Program-made: the position numbers and the translations under genes
Shown: in pieces, positions 11,031 to 21,166 of the stretch
Numbering within the stretch: position 1 is the first letter of the stretch
Layout: every line of letters starts with the position of its first letter
From: Octopus bimaculoides
Lineage: Eukaryota
Direction of reading: 5' to 3'
DNA: 32,589 nt
Assembly: GCF_001194135.2 (NCBI RefSeq)
Contig: NC_068987.1
Location: forward strand, 76,742,638-76,775,226
Notes under the pieces: model-generated
Told to the model about the DNA's origin: nothing
Databases searched by the model: none
The model's input: the letters and a program-made list of their open reading frames with translations, nothing else

Positions 11031-11202
11031 AGATGTTAACTAAAATTTGCCTTAATGTAAGTCCTTGCTAATGATGTAAAATACTTTTGTATACCAACAT
11101 TACTCTACTGTTGAACTAAAAGCACACACTGGTTTAACCATTCCTGAGATGGATACTTTTGGGTCCATCTCAGGAAATTTTCCCTTTTTATTTATAGACA
11201 TA

Positions 11203-11335
11203 GAGTAGGTGTGGCTGTGGAAGCTTGCATTGCAACTGCATAGTTTCAGGTATGTTCCCACTGAATGGCAATTTCGATAAGTATCTTCTTACTATAACCC
11301 CAGGCTGACCAATGGGAAATTGTGTGGAAGCTCAA
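11203..11335 (+). mobile_element. Old SINE module A copy
   Basis: Diverged GTGGCTGTGGAAGCTTGC..GATAAGTATCTTCTTACTATAACC..CTGACCAA. Confidence 0.6.
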
Positions 11336-11394
11336 TGTACATATATAGATATATGGTGTATATGTATATATATATATATATAAATATATAAAAG

Positions 11395-11605
11395 GATAAA
11401 GAGAGCAATGGTAAGGTTGGAAATATATTTTATGGATAGAGTCTTACAGCTGTTTCTGGGAAGATCCAGTACTTCCCTTCACGACTTATAGCCCCCAATC
11501 CTGTTCATACAACGACTGGGGCAAAACTAGTCGGTATACAGCACTTACTTGGTATTACCTGTATCCTTTTGGGTTTGGTTAAATCCAATACCGTCCTCAA
11601 CCTTA
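11395..11605 (-). mobile_element. Penelope-like repeat, family P2 (hammerhead remnant at 11437-11490)
   Basis: Minus strand: AGTC-GTGAA-GGGAAG-TACTGGAT-CTTCCC-A-GAAAC-AGCT-GTA-AGACT; flanked by (TA)n. Confidence 0.55.
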
Positions 11606-12632
11606 TATATATATANNNNNNNNNNNNNNNNNNNNNNNNNNNNNNNNNNNNNNNNNNNNNNNNNNNNNNNNNNNNNNNNNNNNNNNNNNNNNNNNNNNNN
11701 NNNNNNNNNNNNNNNNNNNNNNNNNNNNNNNNNNNNNNNNNNNNNNNNNNNNNNNNNNNNNNNNNNNNNNNNNNNNNNNNNNNNNNNNNNNNNNNNNNNN
11801 NNNNNNNNNNNNNNNNNNNNNNNNNNNNNNNNNNNNNNNNNNNNNNNNNNNNNNNNNNNNNNNNNNNNNNNNNNNNNNNNNNNNNNNNNNNNNNNNNNNN
11901 NNNNNNNNNNNNNNNNNNNNNNNNNNNNNNNNNNNNNNNNNNNNNNNNNNNNNNNNNNNNNNNNNNNNNNNNNNNNNNNNNNNNNNNNNNNNNNNNNNNN
12001 NNNNNNNNNNNNNNNNNNNNNNNNNNNNNNNNNNNNNNNNNNNNNNNNNNNNNNNNNNNNNNNNNNNNNNNNNNNNNNNNNNNNNNNNNNNNNNNNNNNN
12101 NNNNNNNNNNNNNNNNNNNNNNNNNNNNNNNNNNNNNNNNNNNNNNNNNNNNNNNNNNNNNNNNNNNNNNNNNNNNNNNNNNNNNNNNNNNNNNNNNNNN
12201 NNNNNNNNNNNNNNNNNNNNNNNNNNNNNNNNNNNNNNNNNNNNNNNNNNNNNNNNNNNNNNNNNNNNNNNNNNNNNNNNNNNNNNNNNNNNNNNNNNNN
12301 NNNNNNNNNNNNNNNNNNNNNNNNNNNNNNNNNNNNNNNNNNNNNNNNNNNNNNNNNNNNNNNNNNNNNNNNNNNNNNNNNNNNNNNNNNNNNNNNNNNN
12401 NNNNNNNNNNNNNNNNNNNNNNNNNNNNNNNNNNNNNNNNNNNNNNNNNNNNNNNNNNNNNNNNNNNNNNNNNNNNNNNNNNNNNNNNNNNNNNNNNNNN
12501 NNNNNNNNNNNNNNNNNNNNNNNNNNNNNNNNNNNNNNNNNNNNNNNNNNNNNNNNNNNNNNNNNNNNNNNNNNNNNNNNNNNNNNNNNNNNNNNNNNNN
12601 NNNNNNNNNNNNATATATATATATATATATAT

Positions 12633-12885
12633 ACAAAATATGGGGCTTTATTTCACAGGTGATCTAAACAACTAGGTACGCTAAGTAAGTGCTGTAACGG
12701 GTTACTAGGACTCCAAGGTTTTATGAACTTTTATGCTTCTTTTTTCTTCTCTTTCTTCATCCCTTTATTCCTTTATTCCTGTCCTCTATGTCATCATTTC
12801 ATTAATCTATACCCGTCACATTTTCCCTATTTGTCTCTGATGACAAGATATCCCATAAACAGCTATAAGATTGAATTTTTTCCAA
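12633..12885 (+). mobile_element. Penelope-like repeat, family P2-related (hammerhead remnant at 12833-12871)
   Basis: GTCT-CTGATGA-CAAGATATCCCA-TAAAC-AGCT-ATA-AGAT; shares AAGTAAGTGCTGTA with the left element in inverted orientation. Confidence 0.55.
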
Positions 12886-12911
12886 TAATAATAATAATGT
12901 ATATGACTTGA

Positions 12912-12925
12912 GGTGTGTATGTGTG

Positions 12926-12992
<67 letters not shown>
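12912..12992. repeat. (CA)n microsatellite
   Basis: Direct reading. Confidence 0.95.
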
Positions 12993-12994
<2 letters not shown>

Positions 12995-13571
12995 CATACG
13001 TGTTTTGAACCTCCCAAAACTAGGCAACAATATCTAAACATTATAAGATTATCAATGAAGNNNNNNNNNNTTAAAAAAAAAAAAAACCATTAGATTTTTA
13101 CTATGCTTTTGCTTTGATCCAGAAACGGTTAACCTTCCTGAAACAAGTCTTTCTTTAGGTTTAGTAATTTTTCAAAAGAACACTTTCAATCTTCAGATGT
13201 ACAATTTTGAAAAGTTCTTAGAATATAGGACATCTTTCAATTTGGTGATTTCATAAATGCCACATAAAGTGAGTAATTTTGGTTTCACCAGTTCAAACTT
13301 AGCGTAATTTATATGCAGTTATGGGTTAAAGTGTATTAGACGTTAACGAGAATTAACAAGATTTAAGTGTTTATTAGACACCATCTTGGTATTGTGCAGC
13401 TGATTATAAGAGTTGTAAATCAATGTCACTAATTGCTATGTTTACAATAATTAAATAAGCTTATGTTGCAGCTGTCTTTCCTTCAAATCCTTGACATTAA
13501 ACAAGAATATTCAAGTCTTTAGACTTCTGTTATAAGTGTATATTAGTTACTATGTACCTTACCATACAAAC

Positions 13572-13965
13572 GTGGCTGTGTGGTAAGAAATTTGCTTCCC
13601 AACTACATGGTTTCAGGTTCACTCCTACTGCATGACACTTCAGGCAAGTGTCTTCTATTGTAGCCTGGAACCAACCAAAGCCTTGTGAGTGGATTTGGTA
13701 GACAGAAATTGCAAGGCGGTGAGCTGGCAGAAACGTTAGCACGCCAGGCGAAATGCTTAGCGGTACTTCGTCTGCTTCTATGTTCTGAGTTCAAATTCCG
13801 CCAAGGTCGACTTTGCCTTTCATCCTTTTGGGGTCGATAAATTAAGTACCAGTTACACACTGGGGTCGATATAATCGACTTAATCCCTTTGTCTGTCCTT
13901 GTGTGTCTCTCTATGTTTAGCCCCTTGTGGGCAATAAATAAATCAGAAACTGAAAGAAGCCAGCC
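13572..13965 (+). mobile_element. SINE module A interrupted by a full SINE family B copy (~13715-13943)
   Basis: A sequence breaks at CAGAAATTG and resumes at CAGAAACTG (imperfect TSD); B head GGCGGTGAGCTGGCAGAAACGTTAGC..GAGTTCAAATTCC. Confidence 0.9.
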
Positions 13966-13979
13966 ATAAATATATATTC

Positions 13980-14177
13980 TTTTATTCTTTTACTAGTTTC
14001 AGTCATTTGACTGTGGCCATGCTGGAGCACCACCTTTAGTCTAGCTTTCCATGCTAGCATAAGTTGGACGATTTGACTGAGGACTGGTGAACTAGATGGC
14101 TACACCAGGCTCCACCAGTCCTCAGTCAAATCGTCCAACCTATGCTAGCATGGAAAGTGGACGTTAAATGATGATGT

Positions 14178-14215
<38 letters not shown>

Positions 14216-14320
14216 CATACACATATATGTATGTACATGTGCATATATCTATAAATATACAAACAATGGGCTTCTTTCAGTTTCCACCTACCAATTTCAC
14301 TTACAAGATTTTGGTCAGTA
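13980..14320. mobile_element. C(-) 3' end, inverted D/D hairpin, microsatellite, A(-) 3' end
   Basis: C tail at 13980-14040; D arms at 14045-14089 and 14113-14157; A fragment at 14266-14320. Confidence 0.85.
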
Positions 14321-14352
14321 TCTTTCAGAAAATAGCAATTCTAGGCTATATT

Positions 14353-14573
14353 CTTTTCTGCTCTAGGCACAAGGCTCAAAATTTTTGGAGAGTGGGGTGG
14401 GGGAGCCAGTCGATTAGATTGATCCCAGTATGCAACTGGTACTTAATTTATCGATTCTGAAAGGATGAAAGGCAAAGTCGACCTTGGTGGAATTTGAACT
14501 CAGAACGTAAAGACAGATGAAATACCACTAAGCGTTTCACCTGATTTCTGATGTTTCTGCCAGCTCACCACCT
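14353..14573 (-). mobile_element. SINE family B with a 14-bp TSD
   Basis: TTCTAGGCTATATT at 14339-14352 and 14574-14587. Confidence 0.9.
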
Positions 14574-14814
14574 TTCTAGGCTATATTGAAAGTATTGTTT
14601 ATGTTGGCAAGATTTCACCCCGCCCCCACACGTAAATTTCGCACACAAACACATACACACACACACACACAACATTTGATAATTTTTAACATCTTCATTA
14701 ATCTCAAACATTTTTATTTGCATATTTCCCAAATCATAGCTAATTCTTGTTTTAAGAAAAAAAGTTGTTGGATGTGTTTTCTCAAATCATGAATAATAAA
14801 GATGTAATAATTAT

Positions 14815-15252
14815 TATGATGGTGGTAGCAGTGGTGCTGGTGGTGCTGGTGTTGATGATGATAATTGTGATGATGGTGGTGATGCTGATGAAGATATTGA
14901 TGATAAGGCCATTGATGACATTGATGACGATGATGATGATGATGATGACGATGATGATGATGACGATGATGATGACGATGATGATGATGACGATGATGAT
15001 GATGACGATGATGATGATGATGACGATGATGATGATGACGATGATGACGATGATGATGACAACAACAATGATGAAGATGGTGATGATAGTGATGACAATG
15101 ACGGTGATGATGATGAGAATGAACTTGATTATGATGATGATGGCGTTGGTGATGATGATGATCATGTTGGTGAGAATGATGATGATGATGACGATGAGGA
15201 TTATGAATATGATGACGATAATGATAATGATGAAGATAATGATGATGATGAA
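14815..15252. repeat. (GAT)n microsatellite with periodic GAC interruptions
   Basis: Direct reading. Confidence 0.95.
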
Positions 15253-15699
15253 GGAATTTAAAATTTTAACCCCATGAAATATTCGTACAGAGGCAAACAA
15301 GAAGTGGGGAAATCTGTGAAGCAACACTTTGCAATCTATCAAATATTTATTAGATTAAACACACACACACGCACACAATATGCAAATAGCAAATATGAAT
15401 ATAAAATAAAGTAGAATAAAATAAAAGTCAATGGAAATATTAAAAGATGGTAGGGTCCAGAAAAGGAGGATAAAGCCAGGAATATGAGGATGCATTAAAG
15501 CCGGAATAATAATGCCTTAGCGGCGGAATGGAAAGAGAAGAATTGGTGAAAGGGATGAAATGGCACTTTTGCATCAGAGATCCGTGAAATGGTGTTGAAG
15601 TGTTCAATAGAGTGGACTTAGCAATTAGAATTTCTGAAGACATATTTGAAATAAGTAGGAAGACCACGGAATATGGATTGGGATGGAGGGTAAATGGGG

Positions 15700-16155
15700 G
15701 TGGAGTGACAAGTGGTGGAGGTTGTTGGTGGTGGTGGTGGTGGCGGTGGTGCTGGTGGTGGTTGTGGTCTTCATAGTGGTGGTTATAGTGGTGGTGGTGG
15801 TGGTAGTAGNNNNNNNNNNNNNNNNNNNNNNNNNNNNNNNNNNNNNNNNNNNNNNNNNNNNNNNNNNNNNNNNNNNNNNNNNNNNNNNNNNNNNNNNNNN
15901 NNNNNNNNNNNNNNNNNNNNNNNNNNNNNNNNNNNNNNNTGGTGGCAGCAGTGGTCTTGGTGGTGATGGTGGTCATCGTGGTGGTGGTGGTGGTGGTAGT
16001 CCTGGTAGTGGTGGTTATGGTGGTGGTGGTGGTGGCAGCAGTGGTCTTGGTGGTGATGGTGGTCATCGTGGTGGTGGTGGTGGTGGTAGTCCTGGTAGTG
16101 GTGGTTATGGTGGTGGTGGTGGTTGTCTTGTTAGTGGTGATGGTGGCTGGTGATG
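15700..16155. repeat. (GGT)n-derived repeat with two identical 90-bp units
   Basis: 15941-16030 equals 16031-16120. Confidence 0.9.
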
Positions 16156-16239
16156 CAGGGTGGAAAATTGAGGGAATTAATTGCAGTCATTCATCAACAG
16201 CTGACATTAGTTGGAATATCAAAACTCTGATATATAGGT

Positions 16240-16410
16240 ACAGGCATGGCTGTGTGGTAAGAAGATTGCTATCCAACCATATGATTCCAAGTTTAGTTCA
16301 GTCCCACTGCTTGACACCTTAGGCAAGCGTTTTCTACTATATAGACTCGGCCTGAACAAAGCCTTGGTGAGTGGATTCGATAGAGGGAAACTGTGAGAAA
16401 CCCTGGTCAT
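16240..16410 (+). mobile_element. SINE module A (diverged)
   Basis: AGGCATGGCTGTGTGGTAAG..GTTCAGTCCCACTGC..CCTTAGGCAAGCGTTTTC. Confidence 0.8.
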
Positions 16411-16624
16411 ATATATGTGTTTGTGAGAGTGTGTGTGTGCATGCATGCCTGTATGCATGTGTAAATGTACTTGATCTTGTGTATGTATGTATGTATGTAT
16501 GCATGTATGTATGTGTATGTCTTTGTGTATTTATATGTGTGTGTTCTAAATTGATTAAAGAATTCTTGGTTTTGAGAACTTAATCTCTCTTAGTTTCTAC
16601 TTAGTCTGAGATTGTGGCAAAAAT

Positions 16625-16840
16625 TTCTGATTTGGCATGATTTTCTACAACTGGATGCCCTTCCTAATGTCAACCTCTCAGAAAGTGTAACAGGTACTTT
16701 TATGCGCCACCAGCATGGGTGCCATTTGCATGACACTGGGGTGCATATGACTAAAATTCATTTAGCTAAAACTCCTCAGGGTGGTGCCCCAGCATGGGGC
16801 TGCAGTCTAATGACTGGAAAAGGTAAAAGATAGAAGATAT
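16625..16840. mobile_element. Old D(-) fragment and C/LINE-type tail (+)
   Basis: GGATGCCCTTCCTAATGTCAACC; GGTGGTGCCCCAGCATGGGGCTGCAGTCTAATGACTGG. Confidence 0.65.
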
Positions 16841-16942
16841 GCTTGCATAATACAAACTGGATTTCCATCAGTTTCAATGATGCATATTTCTTCGGATAGT
16901 TCAGTCAGCCGAACCACTGACTCATTTAATTGTATTGTAAAT

Positions 16943-17165
16943 CAGTGGTCTCAAAGTGAGTGGTACTGCCCCCACCTGGAGGCGATGGAAAGATCTAGGG
17001 GGCATTAAAGAGAAGTGAAGTGATAAGGTGATAATGGGGTGACTAAAAGTATGCAAAACCCCCAAATAATGGGTTAATTAGGTTCAGTTTTATTTGTGAA
17101 ATATTGTTGTTTTAAATTTATTGCTGAAAGTGGTCTATGTTTGTGGTGATGGTGGGGAGTGGGTG
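16943..17165 (+). mobile_element. hAT (Charlie-like) MITE fragment
   Basis: Starts CAGTGGTCTCAAAGTGAGTGGTACTGCCCCC, resembling Charlie-type CAGTGGTTCTCAAAGTG termini; no matching right TIR seen. Confidence 0.5.
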
Positions 17166-17837
17166 GTTGGTGTTAGGAATGAAAGGCAAAGCTGACCTTG
17201 GTGCCAGCTTAATAATGACAGTCATTTTGTAAAATTCTTCATTATTTTCCAGATTAATTGCAGTAGTTTAACAGAAACATGATAACAAAATGGTTAATAA
17301 CTATGAAGCTGGAATCATAAAGGCTAAACCAGGAAATAACAATGTCATAGATGAGCCTACAGTTTGGATTATTGTGTAGGAAATAAATGTTTACAAGGTG
17401 TAAATCCAAAGTGCTTCACCCTTGTCTGATTTTCGAACAAAGCAGAAGATCAACTACATAGTTGAGATGTAATATTTACTTTCAATAAAGACTGAAGACT
17501 GCAATCAGAAATGCATAAACTTATTGAGATGTTTATTAAAGGGAAACCTTTGAATTTGCTTGATATTTTAATGAGAAAATGGACAGAGAAAGGAAATGGA
17601 GTGAACACTTGAGAAACTTTTGTTGTAAGTACTAGGTCGGTTTTAATGATTCCAGATACGAACAAGTGTTCATATTGTTTGAGTTATTGATAAAAGTACA
17701 AGTACAGGTCATGTTGCAACGGAACAACTGAAAGTTTCCCAATTGAATTACAAAAAATTATAGAAGCAGAATATGCGAGTGGGCAAATATTCAACATACA
17801 TACATATTTACATACATACATACATACATACATATAC

Positions 17838-18000
17838 AGGCGCAGGAGTGGCTGTGTGGTAAATGGCTTGCTAATCAACCACATGGTTCCAGGTCCAGTC
17901 CCACTGCGTGGCACCTTGGGCAAGTGTCTTCTACTATAGCCTTGGGTCAACCAAAGCCTTGTGAGTGGATTTGGTAGACGGAAACTGAAAGAAGCCTGTC

Positions 18001-18040
<40 letters not shown>

Positions 18041-18550
18041 ATGTGTGTGTATATGTTTGTGTGTCTGTGTTTGTCCCCCAACATCACTTGACAACCGATG
18101 CTGGTGTGTTTACATCCTTGTAACTTAGCGGTTCGGCAAAAGGAATGATAGAATAAGTACTAGGCTTACAAATAATAGTGGAGGTGTGTGGCCTAGTGGT
18201 TAAGGTGTCAGTACCATGATTGTAAGATTGTGGTTTCGATTCCTGGACTGGGCGACACATTGTGTTCTTGAGCAAAACACTTCATTTCACGTTGCTCCAG
18301 TCCACTCAGCTGGCAAAAATGAGTAACGCTGCAATGGACTGGCGTCTTGTCCAGCTGGGGAACACATACGCCATTGAAACTGGGAAACCGGGCCCATGAG
18401 CCTGGCTAGGCTTTAAAAGGGGCGCATTTGTTTTTTTTATTTTTTACAAATAAGTCCTGGAGTCAATTTCTTTGACTAAAAACCCTTTAAGGCAGTGCTC
18501 CAGTGCGGCCGCAGTCAAATGACTGAAGCAAGCAACAGAGTAACATAACA
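17838..18550 (+). mobile_element. Composite SINE: A (17838-18001), microsatellite, C (18040-18175 and 18454-18550)
   Basis: Contiguous and gap-free; C is split by an E insertion. Confidence 0.9.
18176..18443 (+). mobile_element. tRNA-derived SINE family E inserted into module C, with a 10-bp TSD
   Basis: A-box TGGCCTAGTGG, B-box GTTTCGATTCC; TTACAAATAA at 18166-18175 and 18444-18453. Confidence 0.9.
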
Positions 18551-18979
18551 GTAAAGGAAAGTAAAGCAACTTCGTTTGTACGTGATTGAGAAGATGCAAA
18601 ACAGGAAATGAATGGATGGAGATCCCAATATCGATTGCGTAATGAAAGTTTATAGAGATATGAACAACTCTAATTTGGTTCTATAAATAAAAGTATGAAG
18701 AAAGTTTCAAGGAAAATGGTTCTTTTAAATTCTTTTACAGAGAAATAAAATCTTCTGCCATTAATTTATACACGTGGTTGTGGATTGGAACAAACTTCAA
18801 TCAAAAACGAAAGTGAAATCAAAAACGGAAACGAAAGCAAAAATAAAATTTAGTTTACTTCTTTAACAAGCTTGGCGAAGTATTAAAACGATTTTATATG
18901 TTAGATAGTTGCTGCTTAACGCAGTTCTGCTACTACAAAGAGATTTTAGCGGGTATAAGAAGAGCACATGAATATAAGA

Positions 18980-19492
18980 TTATCATCACCATCCCCATCA
19001 TCATCATCACCATAGTCGTCATGGTTATTGTCGTTCTCCTCCTCATCATCATCCCCATCATCATCATTATCATCATTGTCATCATCATCATCGTCGTCAT
19101 CATCGTTGTCGTCGTTGTCGTCATCATTGTCATCATCATCGCATCGTCATCATCATCTCATCGTCATCATCATCATCATCATCATCATCCTCATTGTTGT
19201 CATTGTCGTTGTCGTTCTCATTCTCCTTATCATCTCTCGTCATCACCATCATCATCATCATTATCATTGTCATCACTATTGTCATCATCGTCATCGACAT
19301 CATCATCATCATCATCATCTCCCCCATCATCGTCATTGTTGTCATTGTCGTTGTCATCATTATCATCATCATCATCATTCTATCATAATCATCATTCTAT
19401 CATCATCATCATCATTCTATCGTCATCATCATCATCATCGTCGTCATCATCATCATCACCATCTTCACCATCATCATCATCATCATCATTTG
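18980..19492. repeat. (CAT/CGT)n microsatellite
   Basis: Direct reading. Confidence 0.95.
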
Positions 19493-20116
19493 TCATATTA
19501 AGAGAGAAAGCTTTGTGCTCCATGACAAATAATTAAAATATGTTAAAGGGACAGAACCAGGCATGTTGCTGCAGAGGAGATGCATGGCTATCCCAACTGG
19601 AAAATAAAGAAATGAAGGAGAGACAAGTTGGTTGCAAAGATGAGTCAGAGCATACCCTTGTATCCGTAAGTTACATGGAGTTAAATATAAGTGAAGTGGA
19701 AGAGAAGCCTGGACAGGTTGAGCATGTAGATATGTTTGTGAGAGTGCAAAAGCAGAGTGAAAAATAGAGGAGAAAGCATTGACTGGTGAACACAAGTGTA
19801 GGATACTAATATAGCATAAAAACCTCCAAAACTTTGAAGGAAAATAATAAACTTTTTATGTCTTATGCATTGGCAAATAAAATTAAATTTGCTTGTTAAC
19901 TTTTCCAAAGCAGAACAGTACAGTGTTGTGATATCTGATCCTAACGTTTATAAATAACTGGTTGAAATACCCTCACGGAACATTTGTCATCACAGAAAGG
20001 AACTGTTAAGTAGATTTGCTATTGGACATGTGATTTGATCATGTAGATTTGAAGTTCTATTCCAATGTTGAAATATTTTAAGGACCAGTATTAGGTTGGT
20101 TTAGCATTCATTTATT

Positions 20117-20764
20117 TACTCTTTTACTTGTTTCAGTCATTTGACTGTGGCCATGCTGGAGCACCGCCTTTTTAGTCGAAGAAATTGACACCCAGGACTT
20201 ATTCTTTGTAAGCCTAGTACTTATTCTATCAGTCTCTTTTGCCAAACAGTTAAGTTATGGGGACATAAATACACCAGCATTGGTTGTCAAGCGAGGTTGG
20301 GGGACAAACACAAACACACAAACAGATACACACACATAAATATATATTTTTGTCTCCTTTTTTTTCTCTCCTTGTTTCTTTCTGTGTTCCTTTCTGTAGA
20401 TTAGCGTAGGCTCGAAACATTAAAGACTTTCTCAATTCCTGAGCATTATACTAACACATCTATTTGTAACNNNNNNNNNNNNNNNNNNNNNNNNNNNNNN
20501 NNNNNNNNNNNNNNNNNNNNNNNNNNNNNNNNNNNNNNNNNNNNNNNNNNNNNNNNNNNNNNNNNNNNNNNNNNNNNNNNNNNNNNNTATATATATATAC
20601 ATACATACATACATATATACGATGGGCTTCTTTCAGTTTCCATCTACCAAATCCACTCACAAGGCTTTGGTCAGCCCGAGGCCATAGTAGATGACACTTG
20701 CTCAAGGTGCTATGCAGTGGGACTGAACCCGGAGCCATGTGGTTGGTAAGCAAGCTACTTACCA
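20117..20764 (-). mobile_element. Composite SINE C (20117-20335) + A (20620-20764) with a P1 element in the internal microsatellite
   Basis: Reverse-complement matches to the C and A consensus; P1 at 20345-20470; N gap ~20471-20587. Confidence 0.85.
20390..20425 (+). ncRNA. Decayed minimal (type I) hammerhead ribozyme motif
   Basis: CUUU/AAAG helix I; CUGUAGA core; UAGC-GUAG-GCUC helix II; GAAAC-AUU (consensus GAAAC-GUU/GUA). Confidence 0.55.
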
Positions 20765-20777
20765 TTTGTCTATTTGT

Positions 20778-21166
20778 TTACCTGTTTCAGTCATTAGCCT
20801 GTGACCATGCTGGGGCACCACTTTGAAGAATTATCAGTCAAATGAATCAACCCCAGTGTTTTTATTGTTTTAAACCAGGTACTTATTCTATCAGCTCTTT
20901 TGCTGAACTGCTAAGTTACAGGGACATAAATACACCAACAATGGTTGTCAAGTTGTGATGGTGAATAAATGCAGACACAAACGACACACACACACACACA
21001 CATACGATGGACTTCTTTTAGTTTCCATTTACCAAATCCACTCACAAGGCTTTAGTTGGCCAATGCCTATAGTAGATGACACTTGCGTAAGGTGCTACTC
21101 AGTGGGACTGAAACCAGAACCATGTGGTTGAAAAGCAGACTTCTTACCATACAGCCATGCCTGTAC
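20778..21166 (-). mobile_element. Composite SINE C (20778-20985), (CA)n, A (21005-21166)
   Basis: Gap-free co-oriented pair. Confidence 0.85.

Larger units (their letters stand above)
7250..11050 (-). mobile_element. Decayed Ty3/Gypsy LTR-retrotransposon internal region (gag knuckle-PR-RT-RH-IN); LTRs not identified
   Basis: Manual minus-strand translation gives canonical motifs in Gypsy order, with many stops and frameshifts (see sub-features). Confidence 0.85.

Noticed and set aside
17503-17530. CTGAAGA...GAAA-TGCA-TA hammerhead-like string
   Set aside because: Neither helix II nor helix I can pair.
18176-18250. tRNA-like heads with A and B boxes
   Set aside because: No cloverleaf or acceptor stem; they continue into SINE bodies, so they are not tRNA genes.
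19540-19790. Purine-rich segment faintly like an RTE C-terminus
   Set aside because: Diagnostic WxGHVxR and RGRP motifs are not recoverable.
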